The notes under the pieces were generated by a model. It was not told the DNA's origin. It worked only from the letters and a program-made list of their open reading frames with translations, and searched no databases. The position numbers were made by a program, and so were the translations under genes. From Ostreococcus lucimarinus (lineage: Eukaryota), in the NCBI GenBank assembly GCA_000092065.1, contig CP000586.1: a stretch of DNA of 64,000 nt; one strand, 5' to 3'. Of the stretch, positions 1-9,484 are shown piece by piece (the stretch's first letter is position 1; each line of letters starts with the position of its first letter).

Positions 1-25
1 AGGCTTACCTCCCGAGCGAGCGATC

Positions 26-352
26 ATGAGCGGCGCCGATCCCGCCGAAGTGGCGCGAAAAGTGATCGAAAAACGCGCCGCCGATTTGGAAGCGTCGTAC
101 GCTTCCACGGGCGTGTACAACACCATGCTGCATAGAATTACAGACGCATCGACGATTGCGAAATCGACGTCGGTTTATAGCGACATAGGATTAGACAATT
201 ACGTGGACACGACCACGCTCGACGCGGCGCTGCACGAGATGAAGAATCGCAAGCACGTCAAGTTGACCCCAAAGCAAATCGCGCGACTCAAGGAGCGCAA
301 ACGCAAGCTCAAAGACAAGTTCAACAACGAATGGTTGCGAAGAGACGATTGA
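26..352 (+). CDS. hypothetical protein (108 aa ORF; basic C-terminus KLTPKQIARLKERKRKLKDKF); may be the terminal exon of a gene starting off-window
   Basis: ATG at 26. Clean ORF with coding-like codon bias, followed by an AT-richer 3' region at 353-498. I recognise no domain. Confidence 0.35.
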   Translation: MSGADPAEVARKVIEKRAADLEASYASTGVYNTMLHRITDASTIAKSTSVYSDIGLDNYVDTTTLDAALHEMKNRKHVKLTPKQIARLKERKRKLKDKFNNEWLRRDD

Positions 353-366
353 GCGAGCGCTTCGGT

Positions 367-401
367 GTGGCGAATTAGATATGGATGTGGCGAATTAGAT
401 A
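367..401. repeat. short tandem duplication (GTGGCGAATTAGATA x2, 20-bp period) in AT-richer 3' intergenic region
   Basis: Direct inspection of 361-410. Confidence 0.7.
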
Positions 402-498
402 GTTAAGATAGAAGAAGCCAGCTTACAAATGTCGTAGCGTTACACAGTTTGCAATATTGATTGTTCGCTAAAGATTGAAAAATGCGAAGTCGCTCGAA

Positions 499-1824
499 TC
501 AGATGTTGCTCAACCCGGTCGCCGCTCTAAACGCGTCGTTATACGCGGTGTAATTGGGATCATTTCGCCATACTTCGTTCTTACTTTGTTTGCGTTCTTC
601 TTTCGTGTTGTCTCGGTGCCTCCAAAACGCAGCGAGCATGCTGCCGAGGACGGAGTGCACCGTCGCGGAAATCGCGCACGGCACCGCGACCAACGGATCG
701 GCAAAGTGTGCGGAGGCGAGAACGACGCCGAGCGCCGAGTTTTGCATGCCAACTTCGATGCTCATCGTTCGCGAGGTCTTACTCGAGAATCCAGCGGAGC
801 GGGACAGGAAGTATCCCAAACCGAACCCGAGCGTATGCAGCAAGGCGACGGCGGCGATGAGCGTCGGTCCCGCGGCGAGAATCTGAGTCGACGTGCGACC
901 GATGATGGACGCGCAAATCAGCGCCACCGTGAGAACCGCAGTGATCGGCGCGAATGGCTCGAGCGTCTCGCTGAACTTGGGCGCGTACTTCTTCAACACC
1001 AAACCAGCGACGACTGGAAGCAACACGACTTTGCACGTGCTGACGAATAACCCGCCGCCGTCGACGGGGATCATCGTTCCCGCGAGATGCTGCGTCAACG
1101 TCGGCGTCATCACCGTCGCCATGAACGTGCTCACCGTGGTCAACACCACGCTCAGCGGCACGCTCGCACCGGCCAGAAACGTCACGACGTTCGACGCCGT
1201 CCCTCCCGGACAGCACCCGACCAAAATCAACCCCGCCGCGAGCGATTGATTCGCCAGAAACATTTTCCCGACCAAAAACGCCAGCGTCGGCATCACCGTG
1301 TACTGCAGCGCGACGCCCATCCCAATCTTCCACGGCTGCCCGAACACCGCGCGGAAATCGCTCAAATCGAGCGTGATCCCCATCCCCAGCATCGTCCCCG
1401 CGAGCGCGTACGTCACCGCGTCGCCTCGAAACCAGCTCACCGTTCCCGGCGCGCACATCCCCGCCAGCGCCCCGAGCGCGACGAACACCGGGAAATACCC
1501 CGTCGCCGTCGCGCACGCGTCGATCGCGCGCTCGCGCGTCGTCTTCGGCGTGTCCACGAAGAACCCGCTCTCCCTATCGCTCTCGTGCGTCGCCCGCGTC
1601 TTCGCGCGCGCGCCTCGCGCGCGCGCCTCGCGATCGCGCGCGTCGTCGCGCGTCGTCGCCGCCGCGCTCTCGATCGCGCGCGCGCGTCGATCCGCGCGCG
1701 TCGCGACGCGCGCGCGCGTCGCGCATCGCGCCGTCGCCGATTCGCGTCCCGTCGAATTCCGACGCGCGCGCGCGTCCGCGCGCCATCGCGCGCCGCGCGC
1801 GACGGCGCGCGTCGTCGTCAGCAT
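499..1824 (-). CDS. bile acid:sodium symporter (BASS/SBF) family transporter, probably plastid-targeted
   Basis: The ORF 499..2454 (-) ends in about 350 aa of multi-pass membrane protein matching the BASS/SBF family (GMGITLDL, LVGCCPGGTASNV, GMQNSALG). Upstream is an Arg/Ala/Ser-rich presequence. The start is placed at ATG 1824 (MLTTTRAV...) so the gene does not overlap the divergent RING gene. Alternative upstream Met codons are possible. Confidence 0.7.
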   Translation of the reverse strand: MLTTTRAVARGARWRADARARRNSTGRESATARCATRARVATRADRRARAIESAAATTRDDARDREARARGARAKTRATHESDRESGFFVDTPKTTRERAIDACATATGYFPVFVALGALAGMCAPGTVSWFRGDAVTYALAGTMLGMGITLDLSDFRAVFGQPWKIGMGVALQYTVMPTLAFLVGKMFLANQSLAAGLILVGCCPGGTASNVVTFLAGASVPLSVVLTTVSTFMATVMTPTLTQHLAGTMIPVDGGGLFVSTCKVVLLPVVAGLVLKKYAPKFSETLEPFAPITAVLTVALICASIIGRTSTQILAAGPTLIAAVALLHTLGFGLGYFLSRSAGFSSKTSRTMSIEVGMQNSALGVVLASAHFADPLVAVPCAISATVHSVLGSMLAAFWRHRDNTKEERKQSKNEVWRNDPNYTAYNDAFRAATGLSNI

Positions 1825-1915
1825 CGCGCGCGCGCGTTCGCGTCTCGAGCGCGCGCGCGCGGCGACGTCTCGCGCGCGGTGGAGTGATGCTGACGCGGCA
1901 TCACACCGCGACGCC

Positions 1916-2731
1916 ATGGCGTCGAGCGACGACGACGCGCTCGAGCGCGCGACGCGCGCGCGCGAGGACGACATCGCGCGCGTGCTCGGGACGAACCGAC
2001 AGGCGCGACGCGACGCGCGCGCGCGGCTGGACGCGGACGAGGCGCTCGCGCGAAGATTACAGCGCGAGGAGGACGAGGCGTACGCGGAAGAAGCGGCGCG
2101 GCGCGACGTCCGAGCCGCGCAGGCGGGCACGAATCCGTTCGCGGGATTCATGGAGGACGTTCTGGGCGCGGTGCGCGGCGCGGTGGACGGCGAGGTCGAG
2201 AGGGGGACGGGGAGACGCGCGCGGGCGGGCGACGGCGACGCGAGGCGAGACGACGCGCGCGGCGACGACGGCGACGGACGAGGGCGATTCACGCTCGAAA
2301 TCCCGATCGGGAGCGGTGGGGAGACGCTCAGGATCGATCCCGCGGCGATGTTCGGGGACGAGGACGCGGGCGGGGGGGTCGCAGGGTTCGGCGGTTTCGA
2401 CGGGTTCGACGACGCGTTTCGGAGGTTGGGCGCGCCGGGGAGCATCTTGGACATGTTGAACGCGATGCAAGGGATGAATTGGGGCGGGCGCGGGGGAGGG
2501 GGTGGAATGCGCGAAAACGAGCGCGCGGCGATGCCGACGGAGACGTACGCGCGAGGCGCCGATGAAAACGAGAACGAAACGTGCAGCGTGTGCCTTTCGC
2601 AAATGGAAACCGGCGAGGAGGCGAAGAGGCTCGGGTGTAAGCACGTGTATCATCCCGCGTGCATCGATCGATGGCTCGAACGAAGTAGGTTGTGTCCGGT
2701 GTGCAAACGAGACGTTTGTGCCGCGAGGTAG
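1916..2731 (+). CDS. RING-H2 zinc-finger protein (C3H2C3), E3 ubiquitin ligase-like
   Basis: The C-terminus CSVCLSQMETGEEAKRLGCKHVYHPACIDRWLERSRLCPVCKR is a canonical RING-H2. The ORF track extends to 1298, but that part is antisense to the BASS coding sequence. The first in-frame ATG after that is 1916 (MASSDDDALE...). Confidence 0.65.
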   Translation: MASSDDDALERATRAREDDIARVLGTNRQARRDARARLDADEALARRLQREEDEAYAEEAARRDVRAAQAGTNPFAGFMEDVLGAVRGAVDGEVERGTGRRARAGDGDARRDDARGDDGDGRGRFTLEIPIGSGGETLRIDPAAMFGDEDAGGGVAGFGGFDGFDDAFRRLGAPGSILDMLNAMQGMNWGGRGGGGGMRENERAAMPTETYARGADENENETCSVCLSQMETGEEAKRLGCKHVYHPACIDRWLERSRLCPVCKRDVCAAR

Positions 2732-2802
2732 GTTAGCAAAGCTGCTTATGCGTCGTTTAATTCAAATTACAATGCAGTCGCGCGCGCGTCTTCTACGGTC
2801 TT

Positions 2803-4377
2803 CTATCGGCGCGCCGCCATCCAATCGGGCACGAATGCGCGCCGTTTCTTGGTCGATCTCGCGTTATCGTCGTCGGTCGACGCGATCGTCGCCTTTTTCC
2901 TCGGCAAAGGCGCGGTGATGATGTCGAACGCGCGCTGACACCGCGCGTCCCAGTCTTGTCGAATCTTCGCTTCGCGCTCGAGCCACGTCATCTTCTTCGG
3001 CGGTTCGAAGACGACGCCGTTCTCCGCCGCGGCTAAACGCACGCTCGGTTTGTCGGGTACCTTGGGAGGCTTGATCGTGACGTCTTCCACGTTCACGCGC
3101 GATTTCAACACCCCGTGTTCGTCCTTGACTTTGCTCCAAAAGTCCGTGAGCGCTCTGCCGCCGAGTTCGTCGAGCGGGATCGGCGCGTCGGCGTCGCGCG
3201 GATAGAACCCTTCGGAGAACTCGCCCGTGCACAAATGCCCGAAATGAATCAAAGGATCGTGAACTTCTTCGGCGTCGCCATTTACGCGCGTGTTACCCAT
3301 GACGCACCCGGGGCGCACGGCGCGCACGAACGCTTCGAGCTCGTTGTACGGCGCGTGCAGAGAGTACGCCACCGAGACGATGCGCCCCGCGGCGGCGTTC
3401 TCATCGATCGGCACGTCCATGCCGTGCGCGTTGGCGCCGTCGTCGTCGACACGCCCCGTTCCAGTCGCAGTGCCACTTCTATCGCGCACCGCGCTCCATC
3501 CGGTGGGCAAAATCGCGAGCGGCGGCGCGTCCTCGTGCCGCAGTCCCGCGGCGAGCGAGCGCAGCGTCGACGGCCGAACGTGCTGTTTCGGTACGCATCG
3601 TATGTTTGTGCGCGCGCGCGCGTCCAAAGCCTCGTTCGCCGATCGCGTGATCAAAAGCGCCTTTTCGCACGCCCTCGTGCCGTGCATGAAACGCGCGTAC
3701 GACGACACCAAATACCTATTGTCCGCCAACTCCACCGGACACCCCACGGCTTCGCTCACCGCGCACGCCAAATCCTCCTTCCCGAGCGAATCCACGCCTA
3801 ATACGATCGGCCGATCCATGTTCGCCTCGCACAGCGCGATCACCTCCGCCGTCGCGCTTCCGCGATCGGGAAACACGCACGTCGGATGCGCGTACGTGTT
3901 ATCCAGGTACAACGCGTCGATCGGCGCCCGCGTCACGCATCTCGGCAGCGCCGCCCTCGTCCCGAAATCTTCCCGTCTAAAATCTCCCGTGTGCAGCACG
4001 CGTCCGCGCGGTCCATCGATCAGCACCATCGCGCTCCCCGGGCAGTGTCCCGCGTCGATCAGCGTCACCGTGACCGTCGTGTTCGCCGTCAATCGTATCG
4101 CCGTCGGTTCGCCGACTTCGAGCGCGCGCGCGTGTCGCCCCAGCGTCGGCCATCGCCTCACCAGCACCTCTCGCGTGATCTCCGTGCAGAAGATCTTCCC
4201 CCCCGCGCGCGCCGGCGACCATCCTCGGCGTCCCAATCCGACGACGTGATCCGCGTGCGCGTGCGTGCAAAAGTGCGCGCGCACGTTCGTCGCGCTCGTC
4301 GGTGCCCAGAAATCGATCGTCACGCTCGCGTCGCGCGACACCGCGATCGGAAGCGCGCGCAGGCCCGCGGTGGCCAT
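2803..4377 (-). CDS. DNA cross-link repair nuclease, SNM1/PSO2/Artemis family (metallo-beta-lactamase + DRMBL)
   Basis: Carries the HxHxDH motif (HFCTHAHADH), DAGHCPGS, TGDFR and a DRMBL-like C-terminal region. ATG at 4377. Convergent with the RING gene. Confidence 0.8.
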   Translation of the reverse strand: MATAGLRALPIAVSRDASVTIDFWAPTSATNVRAHFCTHAHADHVVGLGRRGWSPARAGGKIFCTEITREVLVRRWPTLGRHARALEVGEPTAIRLTANTTVTVTLIDAGHCPGSAMVLIDGPRGRVLHTGDFRREDFGTRAALPRCVTRAPIDALYLDNTYAHPTCVFPDRGSATAEVIALCEANMDRPIVLGVDSLGKEDLACAVSEAVGCPVELADNRYLVSSYARFMHGTRACEKALLITRSANEALDARARTNIRCVPKQHVRPSTLRSLAAGLRHEDAPPLAILPTGWSAVRDRSGTATGTGRVDDDGANAHGMDVPIDENAAAGRIVSVAYSLHAPYNELEAFVRAVRPGCVMGNTRVNGDAEEVHDPLIHFGHLCTGEFSEGFYPRDADAPIPLDELGGRALTDFWSKVKDEHGVLKSRVNVEDVTIKPPKVPDKPSVRLAAAENGVVFEPPKKMTWLEREAKIRQDWDARCQRAFDIITAPLPRKKATIASTDDDNARSTKKRRAFVPDWMAARR

Positions 4378-4619
4378 CCCGAGACGCCGAGACGTCGTCC
4401 CGCGCGCGGGTCGTCGCGGCGCGCGCGGTCGGCGACGCGACGCGACGCGCGACGCGTTTTACCGTCGCGACGCGCCGAACGGTCAACGACGATCTGACGC
4501 CACTCGACGCCGCGCGTCGGTGAAGCGCGCCCGTCGTCGACGCGCGCGCGACGCGCGCGCGGGAGACGCGAAACGAACGACGCGCGCGAGGCGATCGCGC
4601 GCGCGGCGAACGACGCGCG

Positions 4620-5897
4620 ATGGACCTGGACGCCGCGTTCGATGACGATCAAACGCGCGCGCTCGCGGAGCTCGAAAACGCGCCGCTCGACGACGTCCTG
4701 GCGCGGGCGCGCATGCTCGAGCACGAGCTCCGCGTGCTGCGCGATGAGAGCAATCGCCTGAACCTGGAGTGCCAGGGCGAGCGAGAGCGGGTGAAGGACA
4801 ACGAGGAGAAGATCAAGCTGAATAAGCAGCTGCCGTACTTGGTGGGGAACGTGGTGGAACTCTTGGACTTGGCGCCGGAGGAAGAGGAGCTGGAGGATCA
4901 AGCGACGGCGGACGTGGACGCGCAGCGACGAGGGAAGGCGGTGGTGCTGAAGACGACGACGAGGCAGACGATATTCTTGCCCGTGGTCGGGTTGGTGGAC
5001 GCGGAGACGCTGAAACCGGGGGACTTGGTGGGGGTGAATAAGGATTCGTATTTGATTTTGGACACGCTTCCGGCGGAGTACGATTCGCGAGTGAAGGCGA
5101 TGGAGGTGGACGAGAAGCCGACGGATGATTACACCGACATAGGGGGGCTTGAGAAACAAATTCGGGAGATGCGGGAAGCCATCGTGTTGCCGATGACGCA
5201 CGCGGCCAAGTTCGCGAAACTCGGTATTCGACCGCCGAAAGGGGTGCTTTTGTACGGACCGCCCGGGACGGGAAAGACGTTGATCGCGCGAGCGTGCGCG
5301 GCGCAGACGAACGCGGCGTATCTCAAGCTCGCGGGGCCGCTGTTGGTGCAAATGTTCATCGGCGACGGCGCAAAGTTGGTGCGAGACGCGTTCGCGTTGG
5401 CCAAGGAAAAGTCGCCAGCCATCATCTTCATCGATGAGATCGACGCCATCGGGACCAAGCGTTTCGATTCCGACACCAACGGTGATCGCGAAGTCCAGCG
5501 CACGATGTTAGAGCTCCTTAATCAGCTCGATGGGTTCTCGAGCGACGATAGAATCAAAATCATCGCCGCCACGAACCGAGCCGATATTCTCGATCCCGCG
5601 CTCATGCGCTCCGGTCGACTCGACCGTAAGATCGAGTTCCCTCATCCGAACGAAGATGCTCGAGCGCAAATCATGAAGATCCACTCCCGCAAGATGAACG
5701 TTAACCCCGAGGTGAACTTTGACGAGCTCGCTCGCGGCACCGAAGATTTCAACGGCGCCCAGCTCAAAGCCGTGTGCGTCGAAGCCGGCATGCTCGCCCT
5801 CCGTCGCGACGGCACGGAGATCACGCACGAAGATTTTAACGAGGGTATCATCCAAGTTCAGGCTAAGAAGAAGGCTGACTTGTTTTACTACGCCTAG
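4620..5897 (+). CDS. RPT1: 26S proteasome regulatory subunit 7 (Rpt1/PSMC2)
   Basis: Full-length AAA ATPase with GPPGTGKT Walker A. The C-terminus ...[15 protein letters not shown] matches the Rpt1/PSMC2 tail. Confidence 0.9.
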   Translation: MDLDAAFDDDQTRALAELENAPLDDVLARARMLEHELRVLRDESNRLNLECQGERERVKDNEEKIKLNKQLPYLVGNVVELLDLAPEEEELEDQATADVDAQRRGKAVVLKTTTRQTIFLPVVGLVDAETLKPGDLVGVNKDSYLILDTLPAEYDSRVKAMEVDEKPTDDYTDIGGLEKQIREMREAIVLPMTHAAKFAKLGIRPPKGVLLYGPPGTGKTLIARACAAQTNAAYLKLAGPLLVQMFIGDGAKLVRDAFALAKEKSPAIIFIDEIDAIGTKRFDSDTNGDREVQRTMLELLNQLDGFSSDDRIKIIAATNRADILDPALMRSGRLDRKIEFPHPNEDARAQIMKIHSRKMNVNPEVNFDELARGTEDFNGAQLKAVCVEAGMLALRRDGTEITHEDFNEGIIQVQAKKKADLFYYA

Positions 5898-6039
5898 TTA
5901 GCGCCCCGTTTGAGTTGTAGTTTCGACGCCAGATTTTAGTACACCCTAAACCTGTTAGACGCTAGGGTTGACGTTGTATTTGACCCTACCTCTCGGCGCC
6001 ACATCTCGACGCGCCCGTCGCGGACGACGCGCGATCGCC

Positions 6040-6972
6040 ATGGTGCGCAAGCCGCGATGGGAAGAGATCGACGCCGACGCGTCCACGGCGTCCGTGAACG
6101 CCTCGCACGCGGGCTCGAGCGACGTCGACGGCGCGATCGAAGGCGTCAAGTCGATCTCGATCGGCGGCGCCTCCGCGACCGCGGCCGGCGAGTTACCGCC
6201 GAGCGAAAAGCACGGCCCGGACGCGGAGGGCGTGTGGACGTCCATCACGTATCAACTCAACGAGGCGGGGATGCGGACGAGGACGGTGAAAAAGTACAAG
6301 GAGCACGAGGTGACGAAGAAGGTGACGCCGGGGATGTTGGAGCGAAAAACCTGGGAAAAATTCGGCGACGCGAAGCGGTATAAACCGGGAGATGAGAGCA
6401 TGACGGCGGTGTCGTTAGAAGAGATATTTTTGGAGAAGACTCGCGCGCAGCCGAAGAGTGAGCTTGAGAAGGCTGAGGATCCGCTTGCGGCGATGGCGAG
6501 CGCGCAGACGTCGCTGTTGGTGTGCCGAACGTGCGGAAAGAAGGGCGACCACTGGACTTCGAAGTGTCCGTATAAGGATTTAGCCAACGATGGGAGTAAA
6601 CCGCCGGATGAGGAAGGCGGACTTGGGGCGAGAAAGCCCGGGGGGTACGTGCCGCCGTCGATGCGCGCAGGCGCGTCCGGGGCTGGGGCGTCGATGGATC
6701 GACGTCGGGACGAAAACTCTATTCGCGTGTCCAACTTGTCGGAGGATACGCGCGAGCAAGATTTGCAAGAGTTGTTCCGACCGTTCGGCCCTGTTACGCG
6801 CATTTACGTCGCCATCAACCGCGAGACTGGCGAGGCGCGTGGTTTTGCGTTCGTTAATATGGTAAGCAAAGAAGACGGCGAACGCGCCATCGCCAAGCTC
6901 GACGGCTACGGTTACGACAACCTCATTCTTCGCGTTGAATGGGCGGCGCCGCGCGAGGAGCGCCCGAGATAG
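6040..6972 (+). CDS. EIF3G: eukaryotic translation initiation factor 3 subunit G (eIF3g)
   Basis: Has the eIF3g zinc knuckle CRTCGKKGDHWTSKCPYK and a C-terminal RRM (RGFAFVNM). The ORF track starts at 5968; the first ATG in frame is 6040 (MVRKPRWEEID). Confidence 0.8.
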   Translation: MVRKPRWEEIDADASTASVNASHAGSSDVDGAIEGVKSISIGGASATAAGELPPSEKHGPDAEGVWTSITYQLNEAGMRTRTVKKYKEHEVTKKVTPGMLERKTWEKFGDAKRYKPGDESMTAVSLEEIFLEKTRAQPKSELEKAEDPLAAMASAQTSLLVCRTCGKKGDHWTSKCPYKDLANDGSKPPDEEGGLGARKPGGYVPPSMRAGASGAGASMDRRRDENSIRVSNLSEDTREQDLQELFRPFGPVTRIYVAINRETGEARGFAFVNMVSKEDGERAIAKLDGYGYDNLILRVEWAAPREERPR

Positions 6973-7028
6973 TAGTTGATGATTAAGACGAAAATACGTT
7001 ACATGCGTACTATGACACTTTAAGAGTC

Positions 7029-8654
7029 TCACTCGCGCTTTGTCTTCGACGCGTCGGCGAGCGCGACTTCGTGCGCGTTAAATTTAGCGAACAATATGTA
7101 CCCGATCGCGATGCCGGCGATCACGCCGAGAGCGAACGGTTTATCTCTGCGCGCGACTCGCCCGATAGCTGCGTCTTCCATCGCGGCGCACGACTGCGCG
7201 CACGACACCGGACCAGGGGGGTGGTAATCTGGACACGCCTTTGGCGCTCCGCGCTTGCCGCCTCCCGCGCCCAAAATCGCGCTCTCGGTGCACAAATTCC
7301 TCAGCCTCTGCAACGGTTCGGCGCCGAGCACGCGACTCACGTCGTCGATGGTTTTATCTGCGGTCATTCCAGCGAGTTCGGAGATGCTCACAGCGCTCGC
7401 CAACTGCTCTGCGGATTCCGGCGTGGCGCCGAGAATGGCCACCGCGGAGATGGTCCGATCGAGGGCGGGGACGATGTGCTCAACCTTCGCTTCGGTAGCT
7501 ATGATGTCTTCGCGGAGCACGCGAAGGCGCGGTCCGTGCGCTTCGCACTTCACGAGCGCTTCCGAATGAGCCCTCTGCGCGTCGTTCAATCGCGTCGTGC
7601 ACTGCTCGCGAAGCTGCTCCATCATGGCGACCTGCTTCTTTTCGTGCGCGACGCGCTTGCGCGTAATCTCCGCTTTATGTCTCGCCATTTCTTTTCGCCG
7701 CTTATCGTCGTCCTTTTGCGCCTTCTTCTTGTCTTTTCGAGCCTCTCTGGAGTTGGGCTTTTGAGTCGACGTTTCGCTCGGCTTGGCGCCAAACTTCTTG
7801 GCGAACTCTGCTTCGAGCGCGGTAACCTCGCGCGCCATCGCCTCTCGCGCGAGTTTAGCGTCCACTTGCATCGCCTCGCAAATTTCCTTGGACGTTTCCC
7901 ACTGCTCGCCCAACGTCGACGCGATCTCGCACTCGTTCTGCAGTTCGGCGTGCTTGGCCGCGTGCTCGAATCGCTGCTCGACGACGCTCCCGCACAACTT
8001 GTTCATCCTCAAATCGCAAAGCGACGCCAACGCGTGATCGTACGACGCCGCGCGAGACGCCCGTCGTCCCTTCCCACCTCCCAGCGGCACCACGCGCGCC
8101 TCCCGCGCGAACGCCGCGTCGCCCCAGTTCGCCGCCCGACGCAGCGTCGCCGCCGCGTCTCGCGCCGCCGCGCACAAAAACCTCCGCCCCGCCGGCAGCC
8201 TCGCGCACGCCTCCGCCGCGTTCTTCGCCCGCAGCTCCTCCTCGATCACGACGTAATTCAACCTCTCGCAGATCGCCAGCGGCGCGAGCGGGCACGGACC
8301 CGCCGGCAATCCTCGCGCGCCGCGTCCCGCCGCGCGCGCCTCCCTCCCCCCGCCCGCCGACGGCGCGCCGCCGTCCGTCGCCGTCGCGCGTCCCCACGTC
8401 GCACCGTCGCGCGCGAGCGCCGTCCCGCGTCCGCGCCCGCCCGCCGTCGCCGTCGCGATCGTCGTCATCACCGCGAGCGTCATCGCCCATCGCGCGTCGC
8501 GCGCGCGCGCGCGTCTTCGACGATTCCGCGACGCCCGCGCGACGTCGTCCGTCGATCGCGCGTCCTGCATCGCCGTCGTCGCGCGACACGCCCGTCGTCG
8601 GCGTCTCGCGTCGGAATCGCGCGTCGATCCGCGGTCCCGGAATCGCAACGGCAT
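7029..8654 (-). CDS. hypothetical coiled-coil protein with C-terminal transmembrane anchor (tail-anchored topology)
   Basis: Long ORF with ATG at 8654 and a low-complexity, GC-driven N-terminus. The central region is a K/E/R-rich coiled coil. The C-terminus has a hydrophobic helix (FALGVIAGIAIGYILFAKF) then a short tail. No domain recognised. Confidence 0.45.
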   Translation of the reverse strand: MPLRFRDRGSTRDSDARRRRRACRATTAMQDARSTDDVARASRNRRRRARARDARWAMTLAVMTTIATATAGGRGRGTALARDGATWGRATATDGGAPSAGGGREARAAGRGARGLPAGPCPLAPLAICERLNYVVIEEELRAKNAAEACARLPAGRRFLCAAARDAAATLRRAANWGDAAFAREARVVPLGGGKGRRASRAASYDHALASLCDLRMNKLCGSVVEQRFEHAAKHAELQNECEIASTLGEQWETSKEICEAMQVDAKLAREAMAREVTALEAEFAKKFGAKPSETSTQKPNSREARKDKKKAQKDDDKRRKEMARHKAEITRKRVAHEKKQVAMMEQLREQCTTRLNDAQRAHSEALVKCEAHGPRLRVLREDIIATEAKVEHIVPALDRTISAVAILGATPESAEQLASAVSISELAGMTADKTIDDVSRVLGAEPLQRLRNLCTESAILGAGGGKRGAPKACPDYHPPGPVSCAQSCAAMEDAAIGRVARRDKPFALGVIAGIAIGYILFAKFNAHEVALADASKTKRE

Positions 8655-9046
8655 CGCGATGCCGCGGTCGCGCGCGCGGGCGCGATCGCGCGTCGTCTAC
8701 GCGCCGAATGTCCGAACAAAACCCAAAAAGTATAAATGTATAAATCTTCGTCGAACGCGACCGTTCCCAGAGATGCATAGACCAATTCCCGTGGGACGCG
8801 TTTTTTTCTCCGAACGGCGAGTCATGACTCAAGATGGGGGACTCGGAAGGTGAAAAACGTCGCACCTGGGGTGCACGGCCGAAATTTGAAACAAAAAAGG
8901 GACGGTTTTCACGTCTCCATCGACGGCGACGTTCGCGTCGACGCGCGCGAGGTCACGGGCGCGCGACGTCGACGCGTTCGGGTTTCTTCGCGCCGCGTCG
9001 CGCGTCGACGCGCGCGCGCCATCGCGCGACGCGCGCGACGACGGCG

Positions 9047-9234
9047 ATGACGGCGACGACGGCGCGCGGCGACGCGCTCCGCGTCGGCACCGCGACGCGG
9101 CGCGGGAGACGCGCGACGCGACGCGCGACGACGACGACGATTCGCGCGGCGGCGACGGCGCCGGCGCGCGCGGTCACGCGCGAGGAGTGCGTGGCGTTCG
9201 TCAGGCGGGGGTGTAAACCGAGAGAGGCGTTCAG
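9047..9234 (+). CDS. GSH1: glutamate-cysteine ligase, plant type (GSH1), exon 1 (transit peptide + start of conserved core)
   Basis: In frame 2 the peptide ...TREECVAFVRRGCKPREAFR aligns with plant GCL ...TKEDLVAYLASGCKSKEKWR. It stops at an AG|GTGCGG donor at 9234/9235. ATG 9047 begins an Arg/Ala/Thr-rich presequence. Confidence 0.6.
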
Positions 9235-9484
9235 GTGCGGCGAGGAAAACGACGCGACACCGGGAGGCGCGCAAAGCGCGGAGGCGGGCGCGCGCGCGAC
9301 GCGCGATGGGCGAACGGGGGATGACGCTTTATCCAGACGCGCGGGACGGCGCGGGACGGCGCGCGCGGATGGCGCCGAGGACGCGCGGGGGACGAGAAGG
9401 AGACGCGCGCGATGCGCGCGCGTTCGATATCGACGCGGGGGGGGGCGAGCGCGAGGACTGACGACGCGACGGACGACGACGCAG
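9235..9484 (+). other. spliceosomal intron of GSH1 (250 nt; GTGCGG...ACTGAC...CAG), contains a G9 homopolymer at 9437-9445
   Basis: A donor and acceptor bracket the only frame change needed to join two segments that are each conserved against plant GCL. Confidence 0.6.

Noticed and set aside
1298-1915. The upstream 200 codons of the ORF 1298..2731 (+), together with the overlapping ORFs 779..1516 (-), 1087..1887 (+) and 1574..1786 (-)
   Set aside because: They are antisense or out of frame to the conserved BASS transporter coding sequence and lie within the (GCGCGC)n tract. Their products are Arg/Ala/Ser low-complexity, typical of GC-driven open frames, and are not genes.
8834-9046. Alternative upstream start (ATG 8834) for GSH1
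   Set aside because: The 8834-8900 segment is AT-richer and UTR-like (gaaatttgaaacaaaaaaggg). The second ATG at 9047 opens a typical Arg/Ala/Thr presequence. The 8834 start remains possible but less likely.
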